Assembly: GCA_030699005.1 (NCBI GenBank)
Contig: JAUYLQ010000034.1
Span: 1-34,730 of the forward strand
Reading direction: 5' to 3'
DNA from: an archaeon
GTDB taxonomy: Archaea; Nanobdellota; Nanobdellia; Pacearchaeales; GW2011-AR1
Length of the DNA: 34,730 nucleotides
Shown: positions 1-8,083 of the stretch, in pieces
Layout: the number at the start of each line of letters is the position of its first letter
Numbering within the stretch: the first letter of the stretch is position 1
The notes under the pieces: generated by a model
The model's database searches: none
Told to the model about the DNA's origin: nothing
What the model saw: only the letters and a program-made list of their open reading frames with translations
Translations under genes and position numbers: made by a program

Positions 1-2
1 AT

Positions 3-668
3 GACATTCATGGAGGAGCAACAGATTTAATTTTTCCCCACCATGAGGCAGAGATTGCTCAAATGGAATCAATCTCGGGGAAAATTCCTCTTGTGAAGTA
101 TTGGATGCATACAGGATTTTTGAAAATCGGCAAGGAAAAGATGTCCAAATCTCTTGGGAATTTTTCTACAATAAAAGAGGTCCTTAAAGATTACGATTCA
201 GGAGTTTTAAGATACCTTTTTGCATCGGGGCATTACAGAAAACCACTTGACTTTTCTAAAAGCTCTCTTGAAAATGCAAGAAACTCTTTTGAAAGATTAA
301 AAAACATTTGTGCAAATTTGGAAGATGATGGAAAGGTAAATAAAAATTATTTAAAAGAGTTTGAAGAGAGTTTACAGGATGATTTTAATTCTCCAAAGGC
401 TCTTCAAATTCTGTGGGGACTTGTTCGCGATGAAACGGCAGAGGGGAAACACGAGGCAATAAAAAAAATGGATGAGGTTTTAGGTCTTAAGCTTTTAGAA
501 AAAAATGAGATTAAAATCCCAAAAGAAGTAGATGGATTACTAAAGAAAAGGGAAATTGCGAGGAAAAAAAAGGATTGGAAGGAATCTGACCTTCTAAGAG
601 AAAAAATAAAAGAACTTGGATATTTGGTTCTCGACGGAAAAGAAGGGCAGGAAGTTAAGAAAGTTTGA
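3..668 (+). CDS. cysS: Cysteine--tRNA ligase, 3' part (5' end lies outside window)
   Basis: Frame is open from base 3: DIHGGATDLIFPHHEAEIAQ (CysRS signature), then YWMHTGFL, KMSKSLGN, HYRKPLDFS, DDFNSP and the C-terminal ..SDLLREKIKELG helix. The ORF-track start at 63 is internal. Confidence 0.97.
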   Translation, partial: DIHGGATDLIFPHHEAEIAQMESISGKIPLVKYWMHTGFLKIGKEKMSKSLGNFSTIKEVLKDYDSGVLRYLFASGHYRKPLDFSKSSLENARNSFERLKNICANLEDDGKVNKNYLKEFEESLQDDFNSPKALQILWGLVRDETAEGKHEAIKKMDEVLGLKLLEKNEIKIPKEVDGLLKKREIARKKKDWKESDLLREKIKELGYLVLDGKEGQEVKKV

Positions 669-1517
669 TTAATTCACTTTCTCTATGGAATTCAGTGTTT
701 TTAGAGCTGTAATCAAAAAACTGGTTTTTTTTGGAGCTTCTCCCATTGAGAAAATTGAATAATTGAGCCCCATAGATTCGGCTTTTTTATACGCATCTAA
801 AATATCTTTATCGGTTATTTTTCTTTTATCATAGGCAATTACCGCTTTTTCTTCTTTTCCTTTTTTCACTTTTAGAACCAGGTCTTTTTTGTTGAAACTC
901 ATTATATCCAAAATTTCAAAATTCTCCTCTGCAAGATGCTCTTTAATTTTATTGAAGAATTTTTCATCGCCTTTTTTAGCTGTTTTTTTGACCTTCCCCT
1001 TCATTTTTTTGACCTTTCTTTTTTTTGCGGACTCTTCTTTTCCTTCCGATTTTTCTATTGCTTCTTCTTCCGGTTTGCTTTTAGGAACCTCTTCTTTTTT
1101 GTAGTCCCCTTCATTTTCTGTAAAGTATCTCCATATAACTTTTCCATCTTTTTCAAAAGCTTTCGCAAAGTCTTTCAGGTTTCTAAACGCAACTTTTATT
1201 GCCGGTTCCTGTTCAGAATCGACTAGAAATTTTTCATTTTTTAGAAGAATAAGTGCTTCCCTTTCTTTTCCATTTATATATTCGATGTACCTTTCAAGTC
1301 CAACATCTTGCTCCGGAAGGAGGTACACTGGGCTTGTCCCAACTTTCATATACGAAGTTTTTATCATCCTGTTTGAGATTAATTCAGATAAGAAAGCCGA
1401 AGTGAAAAGCATGTCCATTCCCACAGCTTTTGCAATATGGACAGGAAGGCTTGGACCTTTTATTTTCAAGAAATTAATTATTCTGTCTTTCATCAAGCTC
1501 GCATCACTTATTGTCAT
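669..1517 (-). CDS. Hypothetical protein: N-terminal winged-HTH-like region, charged linker, C-terminal alpha/beta domain
   Basis: 282-aa ORF. N-term KDRIINFLKIKGPSLPVHIAKAVGMD..FLSEL..MIK..KVGTSPVYLL fits a wHTH pattern; K/E-rich middle. Confidence 0.75.
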   Translation of the reverse strand: MTISDASLMKDRIINFLKIKGPSLPVHIAKAVGMDMLFTSAFLSELISNRMIKTSYMKVGTSPVYLLPEQDVGLERYIEYINGKEREALILLKNEKFLVDSEQEPAIKVAFRNLKDFAKAFEKDGKVIWRYFTENEGDYKKEEVPKSKPEEEAIEKSEGKEESAKKRKVKKMKGKVKKTAKKGDEKFFNKIKEHLAEENFEILDIMSFNKKDLVLKVKKGKEEKAVIAYDKRKITDKDILDAYKKAESMGLNYSIFSMGEAPKKTSFLITALKTLNSIEKVN

Positions 1518-1562
1518 GAAAAGATTAAAAGACGACCAATTATAAATGTTTTTCTGGGGGAG

Positions 1563-2090
1563 TCAAAGTTTCTTCCAATTGACTTCATAATAAAGAATAT
1601 CATCCTCTGCATCCCGAATTGCTAAGAGAAGTTTTTTGTTTGTAGAATTAGCAACCCGGTTTTTTAGGATAAATTCCTGAATGTTAAGATTTTTTGAGGA
1701 CTCTTTTCCTGAAAGAAGCCAGGTGGAATGATCTTTTCCGGGTCTTTTTCCCTTTTCATAAACTGAAAAATCCGCCCCGTATTTTATTCCGGACTTCAAT
1801 ATTAGGCCTTTTTTTCTTAATTCTTCGTAAATTTTGTATTTTATGGGAAAATTTTTTTCTATTTTTGAGAATTTTTTAAAGGCATCTCCCCCACTTAAAA
1901 GTTTTTTGTTTGAGATTATTTTCATTCCTTTATTTTTTAAGAGGAAAAGCCCTTCATGAAGAGAGTAATATACCTTCTCATTTTTCTTTTCTCCGTAAAA
2001 ACTTTCTTTTGAAAGAGTGTAAGCTTTTTTTGAATTGCTTGAAAGGGTGTTTCCAAGGAGATGCGTTTCAAATGTCTCGTTTCTTTTCAT
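1563..2090 (-). CDS. endA: tRNA-splicing (intron) endonuclease, single catalytic-unit type
   Basis: LSLHEGLFL-like N-domain motif (YSLHEGLFLL), YEELRKKG..KSGIKYGADFSVY, DHS, RVANSTNKKLLLA, YYEVNW. Tyr/His/Lys catalytic residues present; 175 aa. Confidence 0.93.
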   Translation of the reverse strand: MKRNETFETHLLGNTLSSNSKKAYTLSKESFYGEKKNEKVYYSLHEGLFLLKNKGMKIISNKKLLSGGDAFKKFSKIEKNFPIKYKIYEELRKKGLILKSGIKYGADFSVYEKGKRPGKDHSTWLLSGKESSKNLNIQEFILKNRVANSTNKKLLLAIRDAEDDILYYEVNWKKL

Positions 2091-2211
2091 GATCTGATTA
2101 GTAAATGAGAATATTTAAAAGTTTATTCTAAGTGTTAAAATTCATTCATATAGGGAATTTTCACAGTTTCGCCATCAAAAATCTATTAAACCCCTTTTAA
2201 TTTAGTTCTTA

Positions 2212-4677
2212 ATGGATGAAATTAATTTTAACCATATAGAAAAAAAATGGCAGAAAAAGTGGGATGAAGAAAGGACATTTTCTGTAAATGAAAAAAGCAA
2301 AAAGAAGAAATTTTACTGTCTTGAGATGTTTCCATACCCCTCTGGCTCGGGAATTCACATGGGACATGCCTTGAATTATACTATTGGGGACATTTATGCA
2401 AGGTATAAGGTCATGAATGGCTTCAATGTCCTTCACCCAATTGGTTATGATGCCCTTGGTCTCCCTGCCGAAAATGCCGCAATAAAGGTGGGAACTCACC
2501 CAGAAGTTTATACCAAAAAGTCAATGAAGAATTTTACTTTGCAACTAAAAGCACTTGGTCTTAGTTATGACTGGGAAAGGTTACTTGATACTTCAGACCC
2601 CAAATATTACAAATGGGATCAGTGGATTTTTTTAAAAATGCTTGAAGATGGCCTTGCATATCAAAAAGAATCTGCTGTAAACTGGTGCCCTCTTTGCAAC
2701 ACGGTTCTTGCAAATGAACAGGTTACTAATAACGGAACTTGCTGGAGGCATGAGAAAACAAAAGTTGAAGTCAGGTCGCTTAAACAATGGTTTTTAAAAA
2801 TTACAGATTATGCTGATGAACTTCTGGACAAGATTGATGACCTGAACTGGCCAGAAAGAACAAAAACAATGCAAAAGCACTGGATAGGAAAAAGCTACGG
2901 GACGGAGATTGATTTTTTAGTTAACGGCGAAAAATGGCCTGTTTTTACAACAAGGCCAGACACAATTTACGGAGTCACTTTTGTAGTCGTTTCACCATAT
3001 CACAAAGATTTTTTGAAGCTCGTGACAAAGGAGCAAAATAAGGAAGTAGATAAATTTTTAAAAAAATTAAATTCGGTCTCCGAAAAAGATACGGTTGACC
3101 TCGAAAAAGAGGGAGTTTTTACGGGTTCATACGCCATTAATCCCGTTACAAATGAAAAAGTTCCAATTTACTTGGGAAATTTTGTTGTCGCCGATTACGG
3201 AAGCGGAATGGTCATGGCGGTTCCTGCTCATGACAAAAGAGATTATGAATTTGCAAAGAAGTATGGAATAAAAATAAAGATTGTTATTGACCCAATTGAC
3301 TTCGAACTAAATAATAAAAACATAGCTGAAGCATATACTGGAGAGGGGACTCTCATTAATTCGGGGGAGTTTAATGGAGTTAAAAATGAGGTGGCAAAGG
3401 AATTGATTACAAAATACCTCTCTAATAAAAAATTTGGAAAGAAGTCTGTTCAGTTTAGGCTTAAAGACTGGGGAATTTCACGCCAAAGGTATTGGGGAAC
3501 CCCCATCCCGATAATTCATTGTGAAAAATGCGGGGCAGTTCCAGTTCCTGTTAAAGACCTTCCGGTTAAACTTCCAAAAGAGGTTGAATTTGGGAAGGGA
3601 AACCCCCTTTTAACAAATGAGAAGTGGATAAATGTAAAATGTCCAAAATGCAAAAGTAAGGCCAAAAGAGAAGCGGACACTATGGATACATTTGTAAACT
3701 CCTCGTGGTATTTTTTAAGATATTGCGACACGAATAATGAGGATGAAATTTTTGACAAAAAGAAAGTCGAATACTGGAGCCCTGTTGACACTTATATTGG
3801 AGGAGCAGAGCATGCATGCATGCATCTAATTTATTCAAGGTTTTATGTAAAGTTTTTGAGAGACCTAGGCCTTTTAAGTTTTGATGAACCTGCAGTAAGA
3901 CTTTTTCATCAGGGATTAATTCATGCCGAAGATGGGGAAAAAATGTCAAAGTCAAAGGGAAATGTTGTTGACCCTTTAATTACTTCAAAAAAGTACGGGG
4001 TTGATTCACTCAGGCTTTTTTTGGTTTCGGTTGCGTCTCCTGATAAAGACTTCGACTGGAGTGAAAAGGGAATAGAAGGAAGTTTTAGATTTATCAAAAG
4101 AGTATCTGGCTTTTTTAAGGATGCGAAGATTGGAGAAAATTCAAAAGAACTTGATTTTGAAATAAATAATTCAATAAAAAGTGTCGGAGAGGACGTTGAA
4201 AACTTTGAATACAGAAAGGCAACGATAAAATTAAGAGAGATTTTTGAACTCATTTCAAAAGAGAAAGAGGTAAAGAAGGAAGTTCTTGAAAACTTTTTGA
4301 AGTTGCTTTCTCCTTTTTGCCCTCACTTAACCGAAGAACTTTGGGAGAGACTTGGGAATAAAACTTTACTTTCAACAAGCAAATGGCCGGAATTTAAAGA
4401 AATGAAATTAAAGGAAAAAGCGAAATTTGACATTAATTCAAAGATAGTTGAAGATGTTTTGAAAATAATCAAAAAGTATGAAGAAAAAGGAAAAAAGATA
4501 AAGAAAGTTTATTTTTACACGGTTCCTTTTGAATTCGATAAGTTGAACAATGAAAAATTGAAAAAAGGCATTGGAAAAGAGGTCCTTATTTATTCAGTTA
4601 AGGATGAGAAAAAATATGACCCCGAGAACAAGGCAAAGAAGGCACGGCCGGGAATGCCGGCATTTTATTTTGAATAA
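2212..4677 (+). CDS. leuS: Leucine--tRNA ligase (bacterial-type core, archaeal-type C-terminus)
   Basis: MFPYPSG..HMGH, GYDALGLPAENAA, FTTRPDT editing motif, GSGMVMAVPAHD, DWGISRQRYWGTPIP, DTMDTFVNSSWYF, KMSKSKGN. Confidence 0.98.
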   Translation: MDEINFNHIEKKWQKKWDEERTFSVNEKSKKKKFYCLEMFPYPSGSGIHMGHALNYTIGDIYARYKVMNGFNVLHPIGYDALGLPAENAAIKVGTHPEVYTKKSMKNFTLQLKALGLSYDWERLLDTSDPKYYKWDQWIFLKMLEDGLAYQKESAVNWCPLCNTVLANEQVTNNGTCWRHEKTKVEVRSLKQWFLKITDYADELLDKIDDLNWPERTKTMQKHWIGKSYGTEIDFLVNGEKWPVFTTRPDTIYGVTFVVVSPYHKDFLKLVTKEQNKEVDKFLKKLNSVSEKDTVDLEKEGVFTGSYAINPVTNEKVPIYLGNFVVADYGSGMVMAVPAHDKRDYEFAKKYGIKIKIVIDPIDFELNNKNIAEAYTGEGTLINSGEFNGVKNEVAKELITKYLSNKKFGKKSVQFRLKDWGISRQRYWGTPIPIIHCEKCGAVPVPVKDLPVKLPKEVEFGKGNPLLTNEKWINVKCPKCKSKAKREADTMDTFVNSSWYFLRYCDTNNEDEIFDKKKVEYWSPVDTYIGGAEHACMHLIYSRFYVKFLRDLGLLSFDEPAVRLFHQGLIHAEDGEKMSKSKGNVVDPLITSKKYGVDSLRLFLVSVASPDKDFDWSEKGIEGSFRFIKRVSGFFKDAKIGENSKELDFEINNSIKSVGEDVENFEYRKATIKLREIFELISKEKEVKKEVLENFLKLLSPFCPHLTEELWERLGNKTLLSTSKWPEFKEMKLKEKAKFDINSKIVEDVLKIIKKYEEKGKKIKKVYFYTVPFEFDKLNNEKLKKGIGKEVLIYSVKDEKKYDPENKAKKARPGMPAFYFE

Positions 4678-4737
4678 ATTCTTTTGAAATTCAAGAAAAT
4701 TGAGTAAATTTAAAAACTACCCTTTTCTTGAATTTTT

Positions 4738-5214
4738 ATGATAGACAAGAAGAAATTACTAGTTGAACTTGATGAGGCATTCAAAGAAGCTCAAAAAGAA
4801 TTAGGGTTTAAGACAAGTTTTAAAGATCTGGAAAGAGAGTTTTCTCTTCAAGATTCTGTTTTGTCTACCGGATTTGTTTCTACTGAGTTTTCAAGGCAGA
4901 TTTGCTCACGCATCGTTGAATTCTATAGGGACTGGCATGGATACTTAAACAATCTCCTTCTTCCAAACCCTTCTTACTATGCAGGGCAGACTGAGTCAAA
5001 GCTGTTTAATTCTGAAGAGGATAAAAAAAGAATATGGAACTTGATAAAAATTTCAATGAAGTTTTCGAGTGCCCATTCTTTAAACATGTTAAGTGGAGAC
5101 AATAAAATGCTCTCGAAATTTATTGATGAAGGATACCTTTCATGGATAAATGCGTTCAGACCAGGGCTTATGTACGTCCTTAGTAAGGTAAGTGATGGTT
5201 GGAAGAAGGAATAA
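4738..5214 (+). CDS. Hypothetical protein (158 aa, likely helical)
   Basis: Fills the gap without overlap; TTTAAAAA TATA-like box ~25 nt upstream; no recognisable motif. Confidence 0.8.
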   Translation: MIDKKKLLVELDEAFKEAQKELGFKTSFKDLEREFSLQDSVLSTGFVSTEFSRQICSRIVEFYRDWHGYLNNLLLPNPSYYAGQTESKLFNSEEDKKRIWNLIKISMKFSSAHSLNMLSGDNKMLSKFIDEGYLSWINAFRPGLMYVLSKVSDGWKKE

Positions 5215-5249
5215 GAGCTTTTTTATATTTATTTTATCTGGTTATATAC

Positions 5250-6380
5250 ATGAAAGGAGACCCTAAAAAAGAAGGTGTGAAAAAGGAGGACTTAAAAAAA
5301 GAAGGTAAAGTCTCTTCTTCAGCAGATGAAAAAAAAGAAAAAATGTTAAGTTTTCTGCTTAATCCAATCTTTTTAATTATTTTTTCAATCCTAATTCTTG
5401 CAATCATCCTGTTTACAGTCTTTTCAGGGGTGGAAGAAACTTTTGAATTTTCTAATTGCGGGGACGGAACTTTTTCCGGATACTGTTCATTAAGTAAGCC
5501 ATACTTTTGCTTGAATGAAACTTTAGTTGAAAACGAAGTTTTATGCGGGTGTTCAGAAAGTTTTAATTTCAATGGAGTAGAGTGTGTTTCCGAATATGAC
5601 TCTTTAATTGAAGAAAAATATTTTGATTATATTCTAAACGGAGAGAATGGAACTCTTTATTTTAAATCGCGAGCTCTGGTTTTAAATGAGCTGTTGGCCC
5701 TACCAAGATACCAGGTTTATTTTGCAAATCAAACCCCGCGCCGTGATGACTTTGCCCTTAAAAAAATAGACAATCCTTTGCAGACTGAGTTTTTAAGCCC
5801 ACTTGTTATTGAAATTCAAAATTTATATCCAGTTTCAAAGGATATGCAGGCAAAAGTGGCTGTAAGTCTTGTTCAAAATATTCATTATAATGAATCTCAG
5901 TTTATTTCCTTTTTTGGAAATGATGTCAGAGTCTCAAGATATCCTTATCAGGTTCTTTCAGAGGGTCAGGGAGAATGTGAAGGGAAGTCCGAACTTCTTG
6001 CCTTTTTTTTGAAAGAAATGGGCTACGGGGTAGTTTTATTTTATTATCCCAATGAAAATCATGAAGCTGTTGGAATTAAGTGTCCAATTGAAGAAAGTTA
6101 TCTCGGAACAGGTTATTGCTTTGTTGAAACTACAATGCCAAGTCCAATATCTTTTAGCGAAGGAAGATATTTGAAAGAAGGAGGAATCGGAAAACTTTCA
6201 AGTGAGCCCGAAATCATCCTGATTAATGAAGGGATGTCTTTAGGTGAAAATCTTGAAGATTATAAAGATTCGAAAACCCTCTCAAAAATCATTATTGCAA
6301 ATGAGAATAATGGCGGCCTTAATTCTTTTGAAAAAAAGGCAATGGATAATTTGAGAAAGAAGTATGGTTTGCAATATTAA
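5250..6380 (+). CDS. Membrane-anchored transglutaminase-like (Cys-His-acid triad) protein with Cys-rich extracellular segment
   Basis: Single TM helix (FLLNPIFLIIFSILILAIILFTVF), Cys-rich region, GECEGKSELLAFFL...NHEAVGI...CFVETT. ATG 5250 preferred over TTG 5199, which overlaps the upstream gene. Confidence 0.8.
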   Translation: MKGDPKKEGVKKEDLKKEGKVSSSADEKKEKMLSFLLNPIFLIIFSILILAIILFTVFSGVEETFEFSNCGDGTFSGYCSLSKPYFCLNETLVENEVLCGCSESFNFNGVECVSEYDSLIEEKYFDYILNGENGTLYFKSRALVLNELLALPRYQVYFANQTPRRDDFALKKIDNPLQTEFLSPLVIEIQNLYPVSKDMQAKVAVSLVQNIHYNESQFISFFGNDVRVSRYPYQVLSEGQGECEGKSELLAFFLKEMGYGVVLFYYPNENHEAVGIKCPIEESYLGTGYCFVETTMPSPISFSEGRYLKEGGIGKLSSEPEIILINEGMSLGENLEDYKDSKTLSKIIIANENNGGLNSFEKKAMDNLRKKYGLQY

Positions 6381-6420
6381 TGAATACTGCTAAAATAAAA
6401 AATAAAAAAATAAAAAATTA

Positions 6421-7227
6421 TTATCTTTTTTCAAAGCCAAAGAATACTTTTACTTTTGACCAAAAGTTTCCTTCACTTCCAGATTTGCCGTTTTTAGCTG
6501 AAGCTTCGGTTTCTAAATCTGCATCCCCCTCTGCTTCAACATCTTCATTTCCCGATTCAACCTTTTTACCTTCTTTCACTTCTGAATTTTTGGTTGCAAA
6601 AGTCAATTCATAGCTTTCTCCCGAATCAAGCTTAAGCGTCCCTTTCCATATGCTGAATCCCGTTAAGGAGGCCATCTCGCTCAATTCAAGAATTCCTTCA
6701 ACCTTGTTTTTCCCTTCCATGTTCACATCAAACGTAATTTTGCCATCATTTTTCGATGTGAGAGTTAAACCCATTGTTGGGTTTGTTCCTATCTTAAGTT
6801 TTCCTTTTGCAAGGTCAAACTCTTCGTAATCTTCTGTTCTTACATAAGACCCTTCAACAAGAACAATCCTCATAAAGTCCCCTCCGTTTTCACTACTTAT
6901 TACCCAGCCTTCTCCTTGCATGACATAAATCAAGCTGCTTGCTTTGGCATCTACATCCAAAGAATTCTCAAGACTTTTTACATTTGAATTAACTGAGAAA
7001 GAATCTTCCGAATCATCTTCTTCCGAATCAACTCCAAGATTGATGTTGGAATTCGCGTTCGCATTTGCGGCCGAATTGGAATTTACTCCGATTCCAACAT
7101 TCCCATTGGCATTAATTCCTCCAAGTAAGTCTGCAGAGGCAAATGATGCTGAACCAAGAACGCTTCCTATAATAAGGAGGCCAAAAATTACTGCCGACAT
7201 CTTTTCTAACTTCTTTTCGTTTTTCAT
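6421..7227 (-). CDS. Secreted/surface hypothetical protein
   Basis: Signal-peptide-like N-term (..AVIFGLLIIGSVLGSASFASA/D), N/A/S-rich low-complexity segment, beta-rich domain, amphipathic C-term FWSKVKVFFGF; purine-rich RBS GGGGGAAGGA. Confidence 0.85.
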   Translation of the reverse strand: MKNEKKLEKMSAVIFGLLIIGSVLGSASFASADLLGGINANGNVGIGVNSNSAANANANSNINLGVDSEEDDSEDSFSVNSNVKSLENSLDVDAKASSLIYVMQGEGWVISSENGGDFMRIVLVEGSYVRTEDYEEFDLAKGKLKIGTNPTMGLTLTSKNDGKITFDVNMEGKNKVEGILELSEMASLTGFSIWKGTLKLDSGESYELTFATKNSEVKEGKKVESGNEDVEAEGDADLETEASAKNGKSGSEGNFWSKVKVFFGFEKR

Positions 7228-7286
7228 GATTTTCCTTCCCCCTTTTTACCTTTATCTTTTTCCATGCAAAGGTCAAGATGAAATTC

Positions 7287-7335
7287 TTTATTTAATCTGC
7301 CCGGGACTTATTCTGGGACTTATTTGGAACCAATT
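7287..7335 (-). promoter_or_regulatory. Promoter of 7227 gene: TATA-like box plus three tandem direct repeats
   Basis: On + strand: GGGACTTATT (7303-7312), GGGACTTATT (7315-7324), GGAACCAATT (7326-7335). TATA-like ATTAAATAAA on the minus strand at 7287-7296, just downstream of the repeats. Confidence 0.6.
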
Positions 7336-8082
7336 TTATTTAGAAAGTCCTACAAATTTGTTTCTTCCTTCTCCAGTTCTTTTGACCAAACCTTTTTTTT
7401 CAAGTTCCTGTATATGCCTAAAAAAGGATGATTTAGAGATACCAGTCAATTTCCTAAGGTGAGAGCTTTTTATTTTTCCTTTCTCTTTTAAGGTTTCTAT
7501 AATAAGATTTTCTTTTTCAGAAAGAATTTCCTGGATAATTTCTATTTTATTCTTTTCTTTTTTCTTTGGGATTGTTTTTCTCTTTTTTTCATAATGATTT
7601 TTGTAATAATAAAAAGCGCTTCCAAAGAGTAAAAGAATTGCAAGGATTATTGCCGTAAGAGTGAAGTTCGTTTTGTTATTTTTTTCAATTACATAAGAAA
7701 TTGTTATATTATTAAGATTGTACACAGTCACCTTCCCGTTTGAGATGTAAACTTCCCCGTTTGTTTCTTTGACAATTGAATTTTTGGGAAGGAAAACTTT
7801 TATTTCAGACGCATTTAGATAAAATGAAAAGGTCCAGACTTCTTCTGATTTAGAAGTTTGAAGAATGGTTTCTCCGATTATTCTTCCGTTCTCAAGTTTA
7901 ACCCCCTCGGGAAGGAATTTCGTTATGTCCTCACTTGAACTTCCAAGAAAAAGTGAGTTTCCCGTCTCATCAATGTGAACAATTACTTCGCTTTCTCCCG
8001 AGATGAAGGGTAATAAAGAACCAACTAACAAAAAAATTGTTAAAATTTTAATTATTGAAATAGACTTTTTGGCATATCTCAT
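7336..8082 (-). CDS. Membrane-tethered transcription regulator (signal/TM - extracellular domain - TM - cytoplasmic MarR-like winged HTH)
   Basis: N-term hydrophobic segment, second TM (FTLTAIILAILLLFGSAFYYY), C-term LSEKENLIIETL..GKIKSSHLRKLTGISKSSFFRHIQELEKKGLVKR..GRNKFV. Confidence 0.85.
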   Translation of the reverse strand: MRYAKKSISIIKILTIFLLVGSLLPFISGESEVIVHIDETGNSLFLGSSSEDITKFLPEGVKLENGRIIGETILQTSKSEEVWTFSFYLNASEIKVFLPKNSIVKETNGEVYISNGKVTVYNLNNITISYVIEKNNKTNFTLTAIILAILLLFGSAFYYYKNHYEKKRKTIPKKKEKNKIEIIQEILSEKENLIIETLKEKGKIKSSHLRKLTGISKSSFFRHIQELEKKGLVKRTGEGRNKFVGLSK

Positions 8083-8083
8083 T

